Shown here: positions 17,530 through 25,678 of the stretch, in pieces | How the letters are laid out: every line of letters begins with the position of its first letter | Position numbering within the stretch: the stretch's first letter is position 1 | Origin: a virus | Taxonomy: Duplodnaviria > Caudoviricetes | DNA: 31,890 nucleotides | Virus record (IMG/VR): IMGVR_UViG_3300044740_000039 | Coordinates: 1 to 31,890 of that record | Strand: one strand, 5' to 3' | The notes under the pieces: model-generated | What the model saw: the letters and a program-made list of their open reading frames with translations, nothing else | What the model was told of the DNA's origin: nothing | Databases searched by the model: none | Program-made: the position numbers and the translations under genes

Positions 17530-18942
17530 TCACCGCACCCGCTTGAGCAGCCACACCTCGCCCTCGTGGAACACCGCCCGGTATGCCGCCGTGCTCGGAT
17601 AGGGACCGGCCATCGCGGCCGGGCCCCCATCCCGCTGCCACCATGTGCCCTTCGCCTGGTCGAGGAGCAGCCAGTCGGGCGGGGTCGGGCATTGGTTCCA
17701 GCACACGTCGTCCCTGGCGGCCAGCGACGCCAACTGCCCCATCGTCGCGGCCACCGTCTGCCCGGACGGGATCATCCGCTCGGCGCGCGCCGCGGTCTCG
17801 ATGTGCGCTGGGGTGCGGTAGGTGCCTGGCTGCCACAACTGGTTGAGCGGCGAGTGGAACGCCATGGTGGCGGCCACGGCCACCATCAGAGCCGACCCGT
17901 GCCTGCTGAGCCAGGGCGACAGCCCGTGCCGTCCCCACGACGGACGGGCCCGCAACCGGTGCAGCCCATCGACCGCGGCGACGAACAGGATCGGCATGAC
18001 GGTGGCGCTGTAATGCCAGCCGGTACCCCAGTAGGCGGAGTTCGACGAAACGAGACGCAAGGCCACAGCGGGCACCGCGGCGAACGCCAGCGGGGAACGC
18101 AGCGCGAGGCCAGCCGTGGGCAGCAGCAGGAGCGCCAGCGTCGGGCCCTTCGTCTCCCAGCCGTCCAGGAGCACACCCAGATGGTGGGCGCTGTCCTTCC
18201 AGTACGGGTAGACGTGCTGCGGGTTCATCGCCGGTATGAGGACGTACACGGCGAGGAGAGACCAGCCGACACCCCACACGGCGAGCAGGCCACCGACCAG
18301 CCGCTGACGGTAGAACAGGACGAGGACCAGGCCCATCGCCGCCAAGGTCCAGCCTTCGTCTTCCTTCACCCACACGAGCGGGCACGCCCACCAGCCGGCC
18401 GCCCAGAAGTGTCTGCGGGCCAGGGCAGACAGGGAGCAGGCCAGCAGCGGCACAGCGAACGCGATCTCGTGGAAGTCGTTCCACACCATCTCCGCGAGAC
18501 CCCACGACAGGCCGTAAGCAGCGGCGATCAGCCGGGCCTCGTCCCTGGTCAGCAGCTTCACGGCCGCCCGGTACACCGGTACGACGGACGCGGCAGCCAT
18601 CGCGGCCTGCGCGACCAGCAGCGTCACCGCAGACGGAAACAGGCGGAAGAACGGCGCGAGCACCATCAGGACGGGCGAGTAGTGATCACCCCGCTGATCC
18701 ATGCCCTTGATCGCCACCATGGGCGCGTCGCCCCGAGCGTAGTGCGCCACCGCCTCGGTGAAGATCCCCAGATCCCACGACGATGGGTTCCCGGTCACGT
18801 ACCGGGCCACAGACAGCGTCGTGTATACGGCGAACACGGCGACGGCGATCGCCCACAGCACCGGATCGCCCACCCGTATTCGGCGGACGGGCACAGCACG
18901 GCGGACGATTGAGGGTCTGTCGGATATGGCTGCCACCGACAC
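17530..18942 (-). CDS. DUF2079-like polytopic membrane protein (predicted GT-C glycosyltransferase-like); start uncertain (18942 or 18936)
   Basis: SWDLGIF..GDHYSP..LLVAQA..DFHEIAFAVP..VKED..WHYS motifs with many hydrophobic segments; candidate promoter TTGCGG-N17-AATGCT-N6-GTG. Confidence 0.8.
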   Translation of the reverse strand: MSVAAISDRPSIVRRAVPVRRIRVGDPVLWAIAVAVFAVYTTLSVARYVTGNPSSWDLGIFTEAVAHYARGDAPMVAIKGMDQRGDHYSPVLMVLAPFFRLFPSAVTLLVAQAAMAAASVVPVYRAAVKLLTRDEARLIAAAYGLSWGLAEMVWNDFHEIAFAVPLLACSLSALARRHFWAAGWWACPLVWVKEDEGWTLAAMGLVLVLFYRQRLVGGLLAVWGVGWSLLAVYVLIPAMNPQHVYPYWKDSAHHLGVLLDGWETKGPTLALLLLPTAGLALRSPLAFAAVPAVALRLVSSNSAYWGTGWHYSATVMPILFVAAVDGLHRLRARPSWGRHGLSPWLSRHGSALMVAVAATMAFHSPLNQLWQPGTYRTPAHIETAARAERMIPSGQTVAATMGQLASLAARDDVCWNQCPTPPDWLLLDQAKGTWWQRDGGPAAMAGPYPSTAAYRAVFHEGEVWLLKRVR

Positions 18943-19017
18943 AGGATCAGCATTCCGCCACGATGGCTCAACCGCAACGACGTAACCGATTCGCACCAGA
19001 AGCCCCCGGGAGGTGCC

Positions 19018-19281
19018 ATGCGCCTCCGCTGGATCGTCGCCGCGCTGCTCCTCGTCGCCCTCGACGCCTACCTGCTGCTGTACCGCTGGAGCGACGTCGG
19101 CGGAAACATCGAAGCCCAATTCGTGATCATCACCCCGGCGTTCCTGCTGCAACACCTCGCCCTGAGACGGCACGTCGACCGACGGCACGCCGAAACCGCG
19201 CAGCGCCTCGACGCACAGGACGAGGCCCTCGCCGCCAACCGCGCCAAGGTCGCCGACCTGCACCAGCAGCTCGCCGAATAG
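19018..19281 (+). CDS. Small membrane protein with a C-terminal coiled coil
   Basis: GGAGG RBS; two hydrophobic segments then a heptad-like tail. Confidence 0.65.
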   Translation: MRLRWIVAALLLVALDAYLLLYRWSDVGGNIEAQFVIITPAFLLQHLALRRHVDRRHAETAQRLDAQDEALAANRAKVADLHQQLAE

Positions 19282-19354
19282 CCTTCGTCGCCCTCAACCC
19301 CCAGCCGTCGGCTCGGGGGTCTTCGTCATGCCCGCCCTCACCTCGGAGGCCCCC

Positions 19355-19861
19355 GTGACCGAACCGACCGTGCCGCCCGCTCACTTCGAGCGGCGCACCC
19401 TGCACGAGGTCGTCGCCTACCCGCCGCACGCCCCGCGGGAGGAAGACCCGCACTACAAGGTGTTCCACCACGCCCAGCACCACCTGATCCACGAACTCGG
19501 CGTCGGCTGCTGGATCGGCGGCGCCACCCTCGCGCAGATCAAGGCCGGGCTCCCGGAAGGGCACCGCTGCGCGGGTGCCAAGCAGCTTGAGGCCCACCAC
19601 TCGATCGCCGAGTTCTCCGGTCTCAACGAGATCGACTGGCAGAAGGTCGCCAAGGACTTCCCGCAGGCCAACATCCACTCCGACGAGGACTTCCTCAACT
19701 ACGCGGAGTCCGAAGGCGGCCTGGTGATCATCTGCGATGTGCACCACAGATCACCCAACCGAGGCATCCACTCCGTCACATACCCGGCGTGGCTCCTCGA
19801 CCGGTACGCCAAAGACGAGTGGGAGTTCCTCCCCTCACAGACCAACGAGGGGCAGTCATGA
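19355..19861 (+). CDS. His-Me (HNH-like) motif protein upstream of the lysis genes
   Basis: GGAGG then GTG 19355; CWIG..LEAHH..LVIICDVHHR..GIH pattern. Confidence 0.6.
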   Translation: MTEPTVPPAHFERRTLHEVVAYPPHAPREEDPHYKVFHHAQHHLIHELGVGCWIGGATLAQIKAGLPEGHRCAGAKQLEAHHSIAEFSGLNEIDWQKVAKDFPQANIHSDEDFLNYAESEGGLVIICDVHHRSPNRGIHSVTYPAWLLDRYAKDEWEFLPSQTNEGQS

Positions 19862-20085
19862 CCGGATGGCAGTGGTACTGGCTGCTGTGGCTCGTCGTCG
19901 GCTTCGCCGTCCCCGAGACCATCGCCCTGATCCAGAAACCCGAGAACACCCTCAGCTACACCGTCTGGGACTGGTTCGGGGTGCAAGAGGGCGTCCCGAT
20001 CAGCCACTGGACGTTCCTGCACGTCCTCCTGCTGCTCTTCATGGTCTGGCTTGCCGGCCACTTCGTCTTCGGAATCTGGCGCTGA
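19858..20085 (+). CDS. Small two-TM protein (holin/antiholin candidate)
   Basis: ATGA overlap; Trp-rich TM1, TLS..VW loop, TM2 ending GHF; directly before the endolysin. Confidence 0.7.
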   Translation: MTGWQWYWLLWLVVGFAVPETIALIQKPENTLSYTVWDWFGVQEGVPISHWTFLHVLLLLFMVWLAGHFVFGIWR

Positions 20086-20091
20086 GGAGGC

Positions 20092-21519
20092 GTGATGCTC
20101 AAGGGGATCGACGTCTCCTCTTACCAGGACACCAGCTACTCGGCCGCGGGCCTGTCGTTCGTCGGCATCAAGGTCACCGAGGGCCTTGGCTACGTGAACC
20201 CGCACTGGGTGGGGCAGAGGGCGACGGCGCGCGCCGCCGGGCTGGTGACGATCTTCTATCACTACCCGAGCATTTCGAACTCCCCGGCTGCGGAGGCGGA
20301 CCACTTCCTCAGCCAGATCAATCTTCAGCCCGGGGACGTGCTCTGCTTGGACTGGGAGTGGTACGGGCAGACCGTCACCGAGCAGCAGGCCCGCGACTAC
20401 AAGACGGCCTGGATCAACCGCGTCCGCTCCAAGGCGCCCGGCCACCGGGTCATCGTCTACGTCGACCGCACCAACTGGCTCACCGTCGACACCGACAGCA
20501 ACTGCGGCGACGGCCTATGGATCGCCGACTACGTCACCGCCGGACAGCCCCGCGTACAACACCCGTGGGTGATCCACCAGTACAGCAGCAACCCCGTCGA
20601 CCAGGACGTCGCCAACTTCTCGAGCGTGGCGGACCTGAAGGCGTGGGCCGGGGGCGCCACCCCGCCCCCTGCCGTGCCGCAGTGGCGCAGGGTCCTCGAC
20701 CATGTCATGTCGATCCCCGAGCAGGTCTACGAGACGTGGACCAGCGGAGTCGGCTGGAACAACGTCACCCAGTTCGGCGCCGAGTACGGCGAGAACGGCG
20801 TGAGCTGGTGCGTGATCTTCAACTGGGATATGTACCACGACGTCGGCCTCGACGCGATCGTGCCCAAGGTCGACAACGTCACCAGCTTCAGCAACTGGGC
20901 CAAGGCCCGCGGCCAGTGGTCCGAGTACCCGTCGGTCGGCGCCTGGGTGAACTTCGACGACGGCGGCCACACCGAGATCGTCACCGGGTTCGACGACCAG
21001 CACGTATTCACCAAGGGCGGCAACAGCATTCAGGCCGGATCCCAGGACCGCGGGCAGGGCAACGGCGTCTGGTCGCATGAAGAGCTACGCCGCGCGACCC
21101 GAGTCGTCGGCTACTTCGCGCCCCGCTTCCCCGACGGGCAGTGCCCGCCGACGGCTGACCCCAACGACCCCCGCGGCGGCACCGCCGTGACCTCATACGC
21201 CCCACCGGAGACCGACATGCCCCTCAGTGACACGGACGTACAGAAGGTCGCCACGGCGTCCGCCATGGCCGTCCTCGGCTACAAGAACGCCGACGCCCTC
21301 AAGAAGAACCCGCAGCTGCCCGACGTGTACGGCTACATCGCCGGAACCAACGGGGCCGTCGCCTCGCTCACCGCGCAGGTCGGCGCCCTCTCCGGCGTCA
21401 TCACCGCCCTCAGCAAGGCTGGCGGACTGACTGTCGAGCAGGCCACGGCCGCAGCCCAGGCGGGCGCGGAAGCGGCTCTCGAGAAGCTGGCTGCCGCGAT
21501 CGGGAAGGCAGGTGCATGA
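20092..21519 (+). CDS. Endolysin: GH25 muramidase plus CHAP-like amidase/peptidase domain
   Basis: GIDVSSYQ..KVTEG..LDWE..LWIADY..HQYS..DQD (GH25); SWCVIF..GHTEIV..GGNS..VVGY (CHAP-like Cys/His). Confidence 0.92.
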   Translation: MMLKGIDVSSYQDTSYSAAGLSFVGIKVTEGLGYVNPHWVGQRATARAAGLVTIFYHYPSISNSPAAEADHFLSQINLQPGDVLCLDWEWYGQTVTEQQARDYKTAWINRVRSKAPGHRVIVYVDRTNWLTVDTDSNCGDGLWIADYVTAGQPRVQHPWVIHQYSSNPVDQDVANFSSVADLKAWAGGATPPPAVPQWRRVLDHVMSIPEQVYETWTSGVGWNNVTQFGAEYGENGVSWCVIFNWDMYHDVGLDAIVPKVDNVTSFSNWAKARGQWSEYPSVGAWVNFDDGGHTEIVTGFDDQHVFTKGGNSIQAGSQDRGQGNGVWSHEELRRATRVVGYFAPRFPDGQCPPTADPNDPRGGTAVTSYAPPETDMPLSDTDVQKVATASAMAVLGYKNADALKKNPQLPDVYGYIAGTNGAVASLTAQVGALSGVITALSKAGGLTVEQATAAAQAGAEAALEKLAAAIGKAGA

Positions 21520-21785
21520 TGGCGATGAACCGTGCCTACTGGCTGGACCTCGGCGAACGCGTCGGCGCCACCGCCGGGGAAGCCGCACTCGGCGTGGCCA
21601 TCACCGAGTTCAGCAACCTGCCCATGTGGTGGGCGGCGCTCCTCGTGCCGGTCCTCTCCGCCGCGAAGGGCGCCCTCGCCCGCTACGTCGGCAACCCCAC
21701 CACCGCGTCGCTGCTCCGCCGCCGGCCCGCCGTCGCTGCGGTGCCTGACCCGCCGCCGGGGCCGGGTGTTACCCCCGCGGCGTAG
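21516..21785 (+). CDS. Holin (r1t-like)
   Basis: YWLDLGERVGATA..A..VLSAAKG..VG..TASL; overlaps the lysin stop. Confidence 0.8.
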   Translation: MMAMNRAYWLDLGERVGATAGEAALGVAITEFSNLPMWWAALLVPVLSAAKGALARYVGNPTTASLLRRRPAVAAVPDPPPGPGVTPAA

Positions 21786-21825
21786 CAGGGCGCGTTCGGT
21801 CGCTGTTGGTGCGAGATAGGGGACG

Positions 21826-22140
21826 GTGACGGTGACCGATGACGTGTCACCCGGCGAGGTGTACAGACGGCTCGTTGACCACGAGCAGCGAACGGACAGA
21901 ACACACGCCGCACTCGACAGCAGGATCACAGACCTCGCCAAAGACGCGGTCACCGTGCGCATGTGGCAAGAGGCAGAGCAGGACCGGGACCGCGAAGTGC
22001 AGGCACTGGTGGGCAGGGTCGAGAAACTCGAGGAACGCCCGGCCCTCAGCTTCGGCCGCTGGCTCGGCATCCTGACCGTTGCCGTGGCGTTCCTCGCGCT
22101 CGCCGTCCAGGCCTACGGCACGATCAAGGGGGCCAAATGA
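21826..22140 (+). CDS. Coiled-coil protein with a C-terminal TM helix (lysis cassette)
   Basis: GEVYRRL..RVEKLEE then WLGILTVAVAFLALAV; coupled to the next gene. Confidence 0.75.
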   Translation: MTVTDDVSPGEVYRRLVDHEQRTDRTHAALDSRITDLAKDAVTVRMWQEAEQDRDREVQALVGRVEKLEERPALSFGRWLGILTVAVAFLALAVQAYGTIKGAK

Positions 22141-22895
22141 CGGAGCCATCCAAAAGGGCTCCCCGATCGGCGCTCGCAGGCGCCGCCCTGTGGACCGTGC
22201 TCGGCGTGCTGCTCGTCGTCGCCGCCTTCGTGGCCTTCGCGCTCAACACGGTGGAGTCCACGAACCGGCGCCTACAGCAGCACGCCGACGCGCAGGACAC
22301 CGTGATCTCCCGCCTGGCCACGGGTCTGGACACGACGCGGAAGCAGCTCCAGCAGCACGGGGTGCGGCCGTCCGCGCCCGCGGCGAGCAGCATCGTCCGC
22401 GGCCTGCAAGGCGTCGCTGGGATTCCCGGGCCGGTCGGCCCATCGGGAGCACCTGGAAAGGCTGCGCCGACGATCACGCCGAGCCCCGGGCCGAGCGGAG
22501 CGTCGGGCGCTCCAGGCCGGCCAGGCGCCAACTCGACTGTTCCCGGGCCTGCGTCAACGATCCCCGGGCCGGCCGGTAGCCCAGGGCCCGCTGGACCAGC
22601 AGGCAGCCCCGGCCCTGCGTCGACCGTCCCTGGGCCCCAAGGCCCGAAGGGCGATCCGGGAAGTGCTGGACCGCCCCCGTCTGGGTGGACGTTCACCTAC
22701 ACGGACGAGTTGGGGAAGTCGACGACCTACAACTGTGCGCCGGACAGCGAGGGTTCGACCCACTACACCTGCACGCCCGAGTCGTCGTCCGCACCGCAGA
22801 GGAAGTCGCCGCTCAAGAACGCCATGGCGCTCCTCGGCTTCATGGGGCTCGCCGCATACCGCCGCCTCGACCCCAGCGGACGCCGCGCCGACTGA
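22137..22895 (+). CDS. Membrane-anchored collagen-like protein (accessory lysis factor candidate)
   Basis: ATGA overlap; N-terminal TM, coiled coil, G-X-Y repeats, Cys pair, C-terminal hydrophobic stretch. Confidence 0.8.
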   Translation: MTEPSKRAPRSALAGAALWTVLGVLLVVAAFVAFALNTVESTNRRLQQHADAQDTVISRLATGLDTTRKQLQQHGVRPSAPAASSIVRGLQGVAGIPGPVGPSGAPGKAAPTITPSPGPSGASGAPGRPGANSTVPGPASTIPGPAGSPGPAGPAGSPGPASTVPGPQGPKGDPGSAGPPPSGWTFTYTDELGKSTTYNCAPDSEGSTHYTCTPESSSAPQRKSPLKNAMALLGFMGLAAYRRLDPSGRRAD

Positions 22896-22905
22896 CCGCA
22901 CGACC

Positions 22906-22945
22906 GCGCCCCGCCGCCTGCTTCGGCAGTGGCGGGGCGCTTCGT
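22906..22945. terminator. Hairpin terminator between the convergent late operon and resolvase gene
   Basis: GCGCCCCGCC-G-CCTGC-TTCG-GCAG-T-GGCGGGGCGC with a C(UUCG)G loop. Confidence 0.8.
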
Positions 22946-22950
22946 CGTGC

Positions 22951-23550
22951 TCAGCTACCCTCGTTGATGATCCGGTAGACGGTGGCCCGGCCGACCTTGA
23001 ACTCCGTCTGCAGGTCGCTGATGGTGTGGGTACCAGCCTCGTACAGCTCGCGCATGTGCTTGCGCTGGACTGGCCCGAGCTTGGGCTTGCCCCCTTTGAG
23101 CTTGCCCTTGGCCTTGGCGACTGCCATGCCTTCCTTGGTGCGCTGCACGAGCAAGTCTCGCTCGAACTCGGCGAACGTGGCGAGGATGTTGAAGAACATC
23201 TTGTCCATGGCGTCGGTCGGGTCGTAGACCTTGCCTGCGAACTCCAGCCGGCCGCCGCAGCCGGTTACCTCGTCGGCGATGTCGTGCAGATCGCGGATCG
23301 AGCGTCCGAGCCGGTCGAGTTTGGGCACGACGAGCGTGACGGCCGTCCCCTCGGGTGCGGCCCGCCTGGCGCCGCTGACTTGAGCGAGCGCGGTGTCGAG
23401 GGCGGGGCGGGAGCGGTCCTTGCCGGACAGGCCGTGGTCGAGGTGGATGCTCGCCTCGGGTACGTGCGCGCCGAGGAGGTATTCGCGCTGCGCGGTGGTG
23501 TCCTGCTCGTCGGTGGAACAGCGGGCATACCCGATCCGGACGTCGTCCAC
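22951..23550 (-). CDS. Serine resolvase/invertase (small serine recombinase with C-terminal HTH)
   Basis: IGYARCST..Q..Q, GLSG..RPAL, VVPKLDRLGRS, FAEFER, GRATVYR. Confidence 0.95.
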   Translation of the reverse strand: MDDVRIGYARCSTDEQDTTAQREYLLGAHVPEASIHLDHGLSGKDRSRPALDTALAQVSGARRAAPEGTAVTLVVPKLDRLGRSIRDLHDIADEVTGCGGRLEFAGKVYDPTDAMDKMFFNILATFAEFERDLLVQRTKEGMAVAKAKGKLKGGKPKLGPVQRKHMRELYEAGTHTISDLQTEFKVGRATVYRIINEGS

Positions 23551-23560
23551 AAGTCAGCCT

Positions 23561-23664
23561 TTCGTCTCAAGTAGCGGGGGAGTGTTGAGAATTCTAGCGG
23601 AACACCCTGTTGAGACAAGACGTCCTGCGGGAACGCGACCGGTCACCTCATCTCAACTTGTCTC
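23561..23664. promoter_or_regulatory. Putative res-like multi-subsite recombination site
   Basis: TCTCAA (23565), TGTTGAGA (23583, 23608), GAGACAAG/CTTGTCTC and TCTCAAC (23651) in direct and inverted arrangement just upstream of the resolvase. Confidence 0.55.
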
Positions 23665-23770
23665 GCCAGCCGATCCCCTGATGGACACCCGAAGGGCCCC
23701 GCTGCCGCACCACACCGACTCCGGGCCCGAATCGCCGGTCGGGGCGCGAGATTCGACTTTCCGCCCCGGC

Positions 23771-23792
23771 TGTCATCCCGCCCCGCTACGGT
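23771..23792 (+). promoter_or_regulatory. RecA-NDp-like promoter TGTCAT-N10-TACGGT (leaderless; ATG 6 nt downstream)
   Basis: Direct sequence match with one mismatch to TGTCRG-N10-TANNNT. Confidence 0.55.
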
Positions 23793-23798
23793 CGCCGC

Positions 23799-24356
23799 AT
23801 GGTGAGAGCGGTAGTACGACCCGTCCTGCCCGCGGCGACAGCCCACGCAGCCCTGACGGCCACGAAGGACGACCCACTGTTGTACGCGGCCACGTCGCTG
23901 ATGTTGTTCGCCGGGCTGCGCTGCGGCGAGGCGACGAGCTTGCTGGTTCGGGACTGGGCTCCGGGCGCGGACCCTAAGCTCACCGTTCGCGGCCTGCGCC
24001 CGCCAGAGGGTCGAACGATCCGCGTGGCCCCGTCCGCTGCCGCCGCAATCGACGGCTACTTGGCGGGGGAGGAGACGGAACCGGATGAGCCGCTGCTGAT
24101 CGGGCTGCGGCCCAATGGCATCCCGCACTTCCTGCCGAAGGTCTTCCGCGACGCGATGCGGCGAGCCGGTCTGGACGTCAGCGTGCACGATCTGCGCCGG
24201 GCCGCTGAGGCTGCGGTGCTGGAGGACGGCACGCCGGTCGCGCACGTCGACGCGTACTTCGGCATGTCGAAGGCCGCGGGCCAACCGCCGACGTCGCCAC
24301 CGGAGGGCTACGACCGGGGGATCGCCGAAGTGTTGGAGCGGACGTTCCGCGACTGA
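23799..24356 (+). CDS. Minimal tyrosine recombinase (catalytic domain only, partly degenerate)
   Basis: AGLRCGEA, VHDLRR, YFG..GY; only 185 aa with no core- or arm-binding domains. Confidence 0.8.
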   Translation: MVRAVVRPVLPAATAHAALTATKDDPLLYAATSLMLFAGLRCGEATSLLVRDWAPGADPKLTVRGLRPPEGRTIRVAPSAAAAIDGYLAGEETEPDEPLLIGLRPNGIPHFLPKVFRDAMRRAGLDVSVHDLRRAAEAAVLEDGTPVAHVDAYFGMSKAAGQPPTSPPEGYDRGIAEVLERTFRD

Positions 24357-24384
24357 GCCCGCCCCCGTGCCACACTGTCCCCAG

Positions 24385-24418
24385 GCCTCGCCGGGCTCCC
24401 CCGTCTCGGCGGGGCTTC
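24385..24418 (+). terminator. Hairpin terminator after the mini recombinase
   Basis: GCCTCGCCGGG..CTCGGCGGGGC followed by TTCT. Confidence 0.6.
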
Positions 24419-24500
24419 TGGCATCCTGGGCATAGCTCTGATGCGCCGTGCACGGTGCTCAGTGGTCGTGGTGGCGTAGACGTCGCGCGACGGCCAAACC

Positions 24501-24531
24501 CCGCCCGGACGTGTGAGTCACGGCCGGGCGG
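24501..24531 (-). terminator. Hairpin terminator after the small membrane gene
   Basis: CCGCCCGG-A-CGTG..CACG-G-CCGGGCGG. Confidence 0.55.
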
Positions 24532-24541
24532 TTGTCTGTCT

Positions 24542-24820
24542 TCAGCCGGTCTTCTGCTTTTCCCGGAGTTCGTGGATGCTGCCGGCGGTGATGGTGCCGT
24601 CCTGTTGTTCGTAGTGGGAGAGGGCGAGGCCGAGGCCGAAGAAGGTGGGCGCCCATTCGCCGACGAAGATTCCCCACCGGTCGGCGCGGTCTATACCCTT
24701 GCCCGGCTCGGCTTGGAGGCTGGTGACCCAGGAGGCGATGCTGAGCCCTATAGAGGCCATGCCTGCGAGGTAGGCGTGCTCGCTGCGGATGCCCATTTCG
24801 TGCATGCTCTTGATGATCAC
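24542..24820 (-). CDS. Small actinobacterial-type membrane protein
   Basis: AGGAG RBS then GTG 24820; AYLAGMASIGLSIASW..RADRWGIFVGEWAPTFFGLGLAL. Confidence 0.8.
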   Translation of the reverse strand: MIIKSMHEMGIRSEHAYLAGMASIGLSIASWVTSLQAEPGKGIDRADRWGIFVGEWAPTFFGLGLALSHYEQQDGTITAGSIHELREKQKTG

Positions 24821-24862
24821 GAGAGTGCTCCTTCTCTTCGAAAGCTGCACATAGCGGACGAA

Positions 24863-24888
24863 GTACCCCATATGGGGCGTATCGATTC
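24863..24888 (-). promoter_or_regulatory. SigB-like stress promoter GAAT-N16-GGGTAC
   Basis: Matches the Streptomyces SigB-family consensus GNNT-N14-16-GGGTAC; ~40 nt upstream of the 24820 start. Confidence 0.5.
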
Positions 24889-24914
24889 GGGAGCAGTGTG
24901 CGACCGGCGAGCGC

Positions 24915-25259
24915 CTACTCCCGCAGCCCGGTCTCGGGCCGGCAGATGCCGCACATCTCGATCGTCATCGTCTCGTCGTCGAGCGCGAGGAGCACGTCCT
25001 CCCGGGAGAGGTATCCCGCCGCGCCTTCCCACAGCGTGCACCCGCCGCGGTGCAGGATGCTCGTGCGGTCGCCGGCCGCGCGGGACGGCTGGAGTTTCCA
25101 CTGCTGCTCGCGCCACGCTCGCTCGCGCTGCCGCTGATCCCGTTCGACCTCGGCTTCAAGGGTGCGGATGCGCTCGCGGGTCTGCCGTAGCTGCCAGTCG
25201 AGCCACGCTTCGAGGGTGCGCAACTTCTCGAGGCGCTCGGCAGGCGGCATGTCGTTCAC
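24915..25259 (-). CDS. DUF6233-like protein (coiled coil plus H..C..CxxCRP Zn module)
   Basis: TATATT-N7-GTG leaderless start; LHRGGC..SREDVLLAL..MCGICRPETGL. Confidence 0.75.
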   Translation of the reverse strand: MNDMPPAERLEKLRTLEAWLDWQLRQTRERIRTLEAEVERDQRQRERAWREQQWKLQPSRAAGDRTSILHRGGCTLWEGAAGYLSREDVLLALDDETMTIEMCGICRPETGLRE

Positions 25260-25325
25260 GCGTTCGAATATAGGCGCTAGGGTGTCCGACGGCATTCCGG
25301 GGCTGATCGAGGAGACAGTTTGAAC

Positions 25326-25658
25326 GTGACCGACCTGCTGGCCGAGCACGGCGTCGACCCGAACACCCTCGAACCCGCGCCGGCCGAACCCGCGGGCAAG
25401 GAGTTCAGTGCCCGGATCGCGCGCTGGCCACTCAAGCCCTGCAGCGTGTGCGGCGACGACTGCCGCACCGCCCAGGTGCTGCACTTCCCCGAGTACGGCC
25501 ATCGCTGGGTCGACCTGTGCCGCAACCACTCCCTGGCTACGTGGCAGCCGGCGCCCCGCATGCCGTCCACGGTGGAGGGGATCATCGCGGACCTGCGGGA
25601 GGTCGCGGCCGAGGTGGGCGCGCCGCTGACGATCCTCATCGACGACGACGTCCGGTAG
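25326..25658 (+). CDS. Hypothetical protein with CxxC...CxxH
   Basis: GC3-rich; PCSVCG..RWVDLCRNH; divergent from the DUF6233-like gene. Confidence 0.7.
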   Translation: MTDLLAEHGVDPNTLEPAPAEPAGKEFSARIARWPLKPCSVCGDDCRTAQVLHFPEYGHRWVDLCRNHSLATWQPAPRMPSTVEGIIADLREVAAEVGAPLTILIDDDVR

Positions 25659-25678
25659 TCGTCTGCCATCCTGAGGGC

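Noticed and set aside
12866-23550. Invertase-driven tail-fibre shufflon or DGR-type tropism switching
   Set aside because: No inverted duplicate tail-gene ends, no repeated crossover sites around tail genes, and no reverse transcriptase or TR/VR pair seen by eye
22900-24450. Tn3-family transposon around the resolvase
   Set aside because: No transposase, terminal inverted repeats or target duplication found
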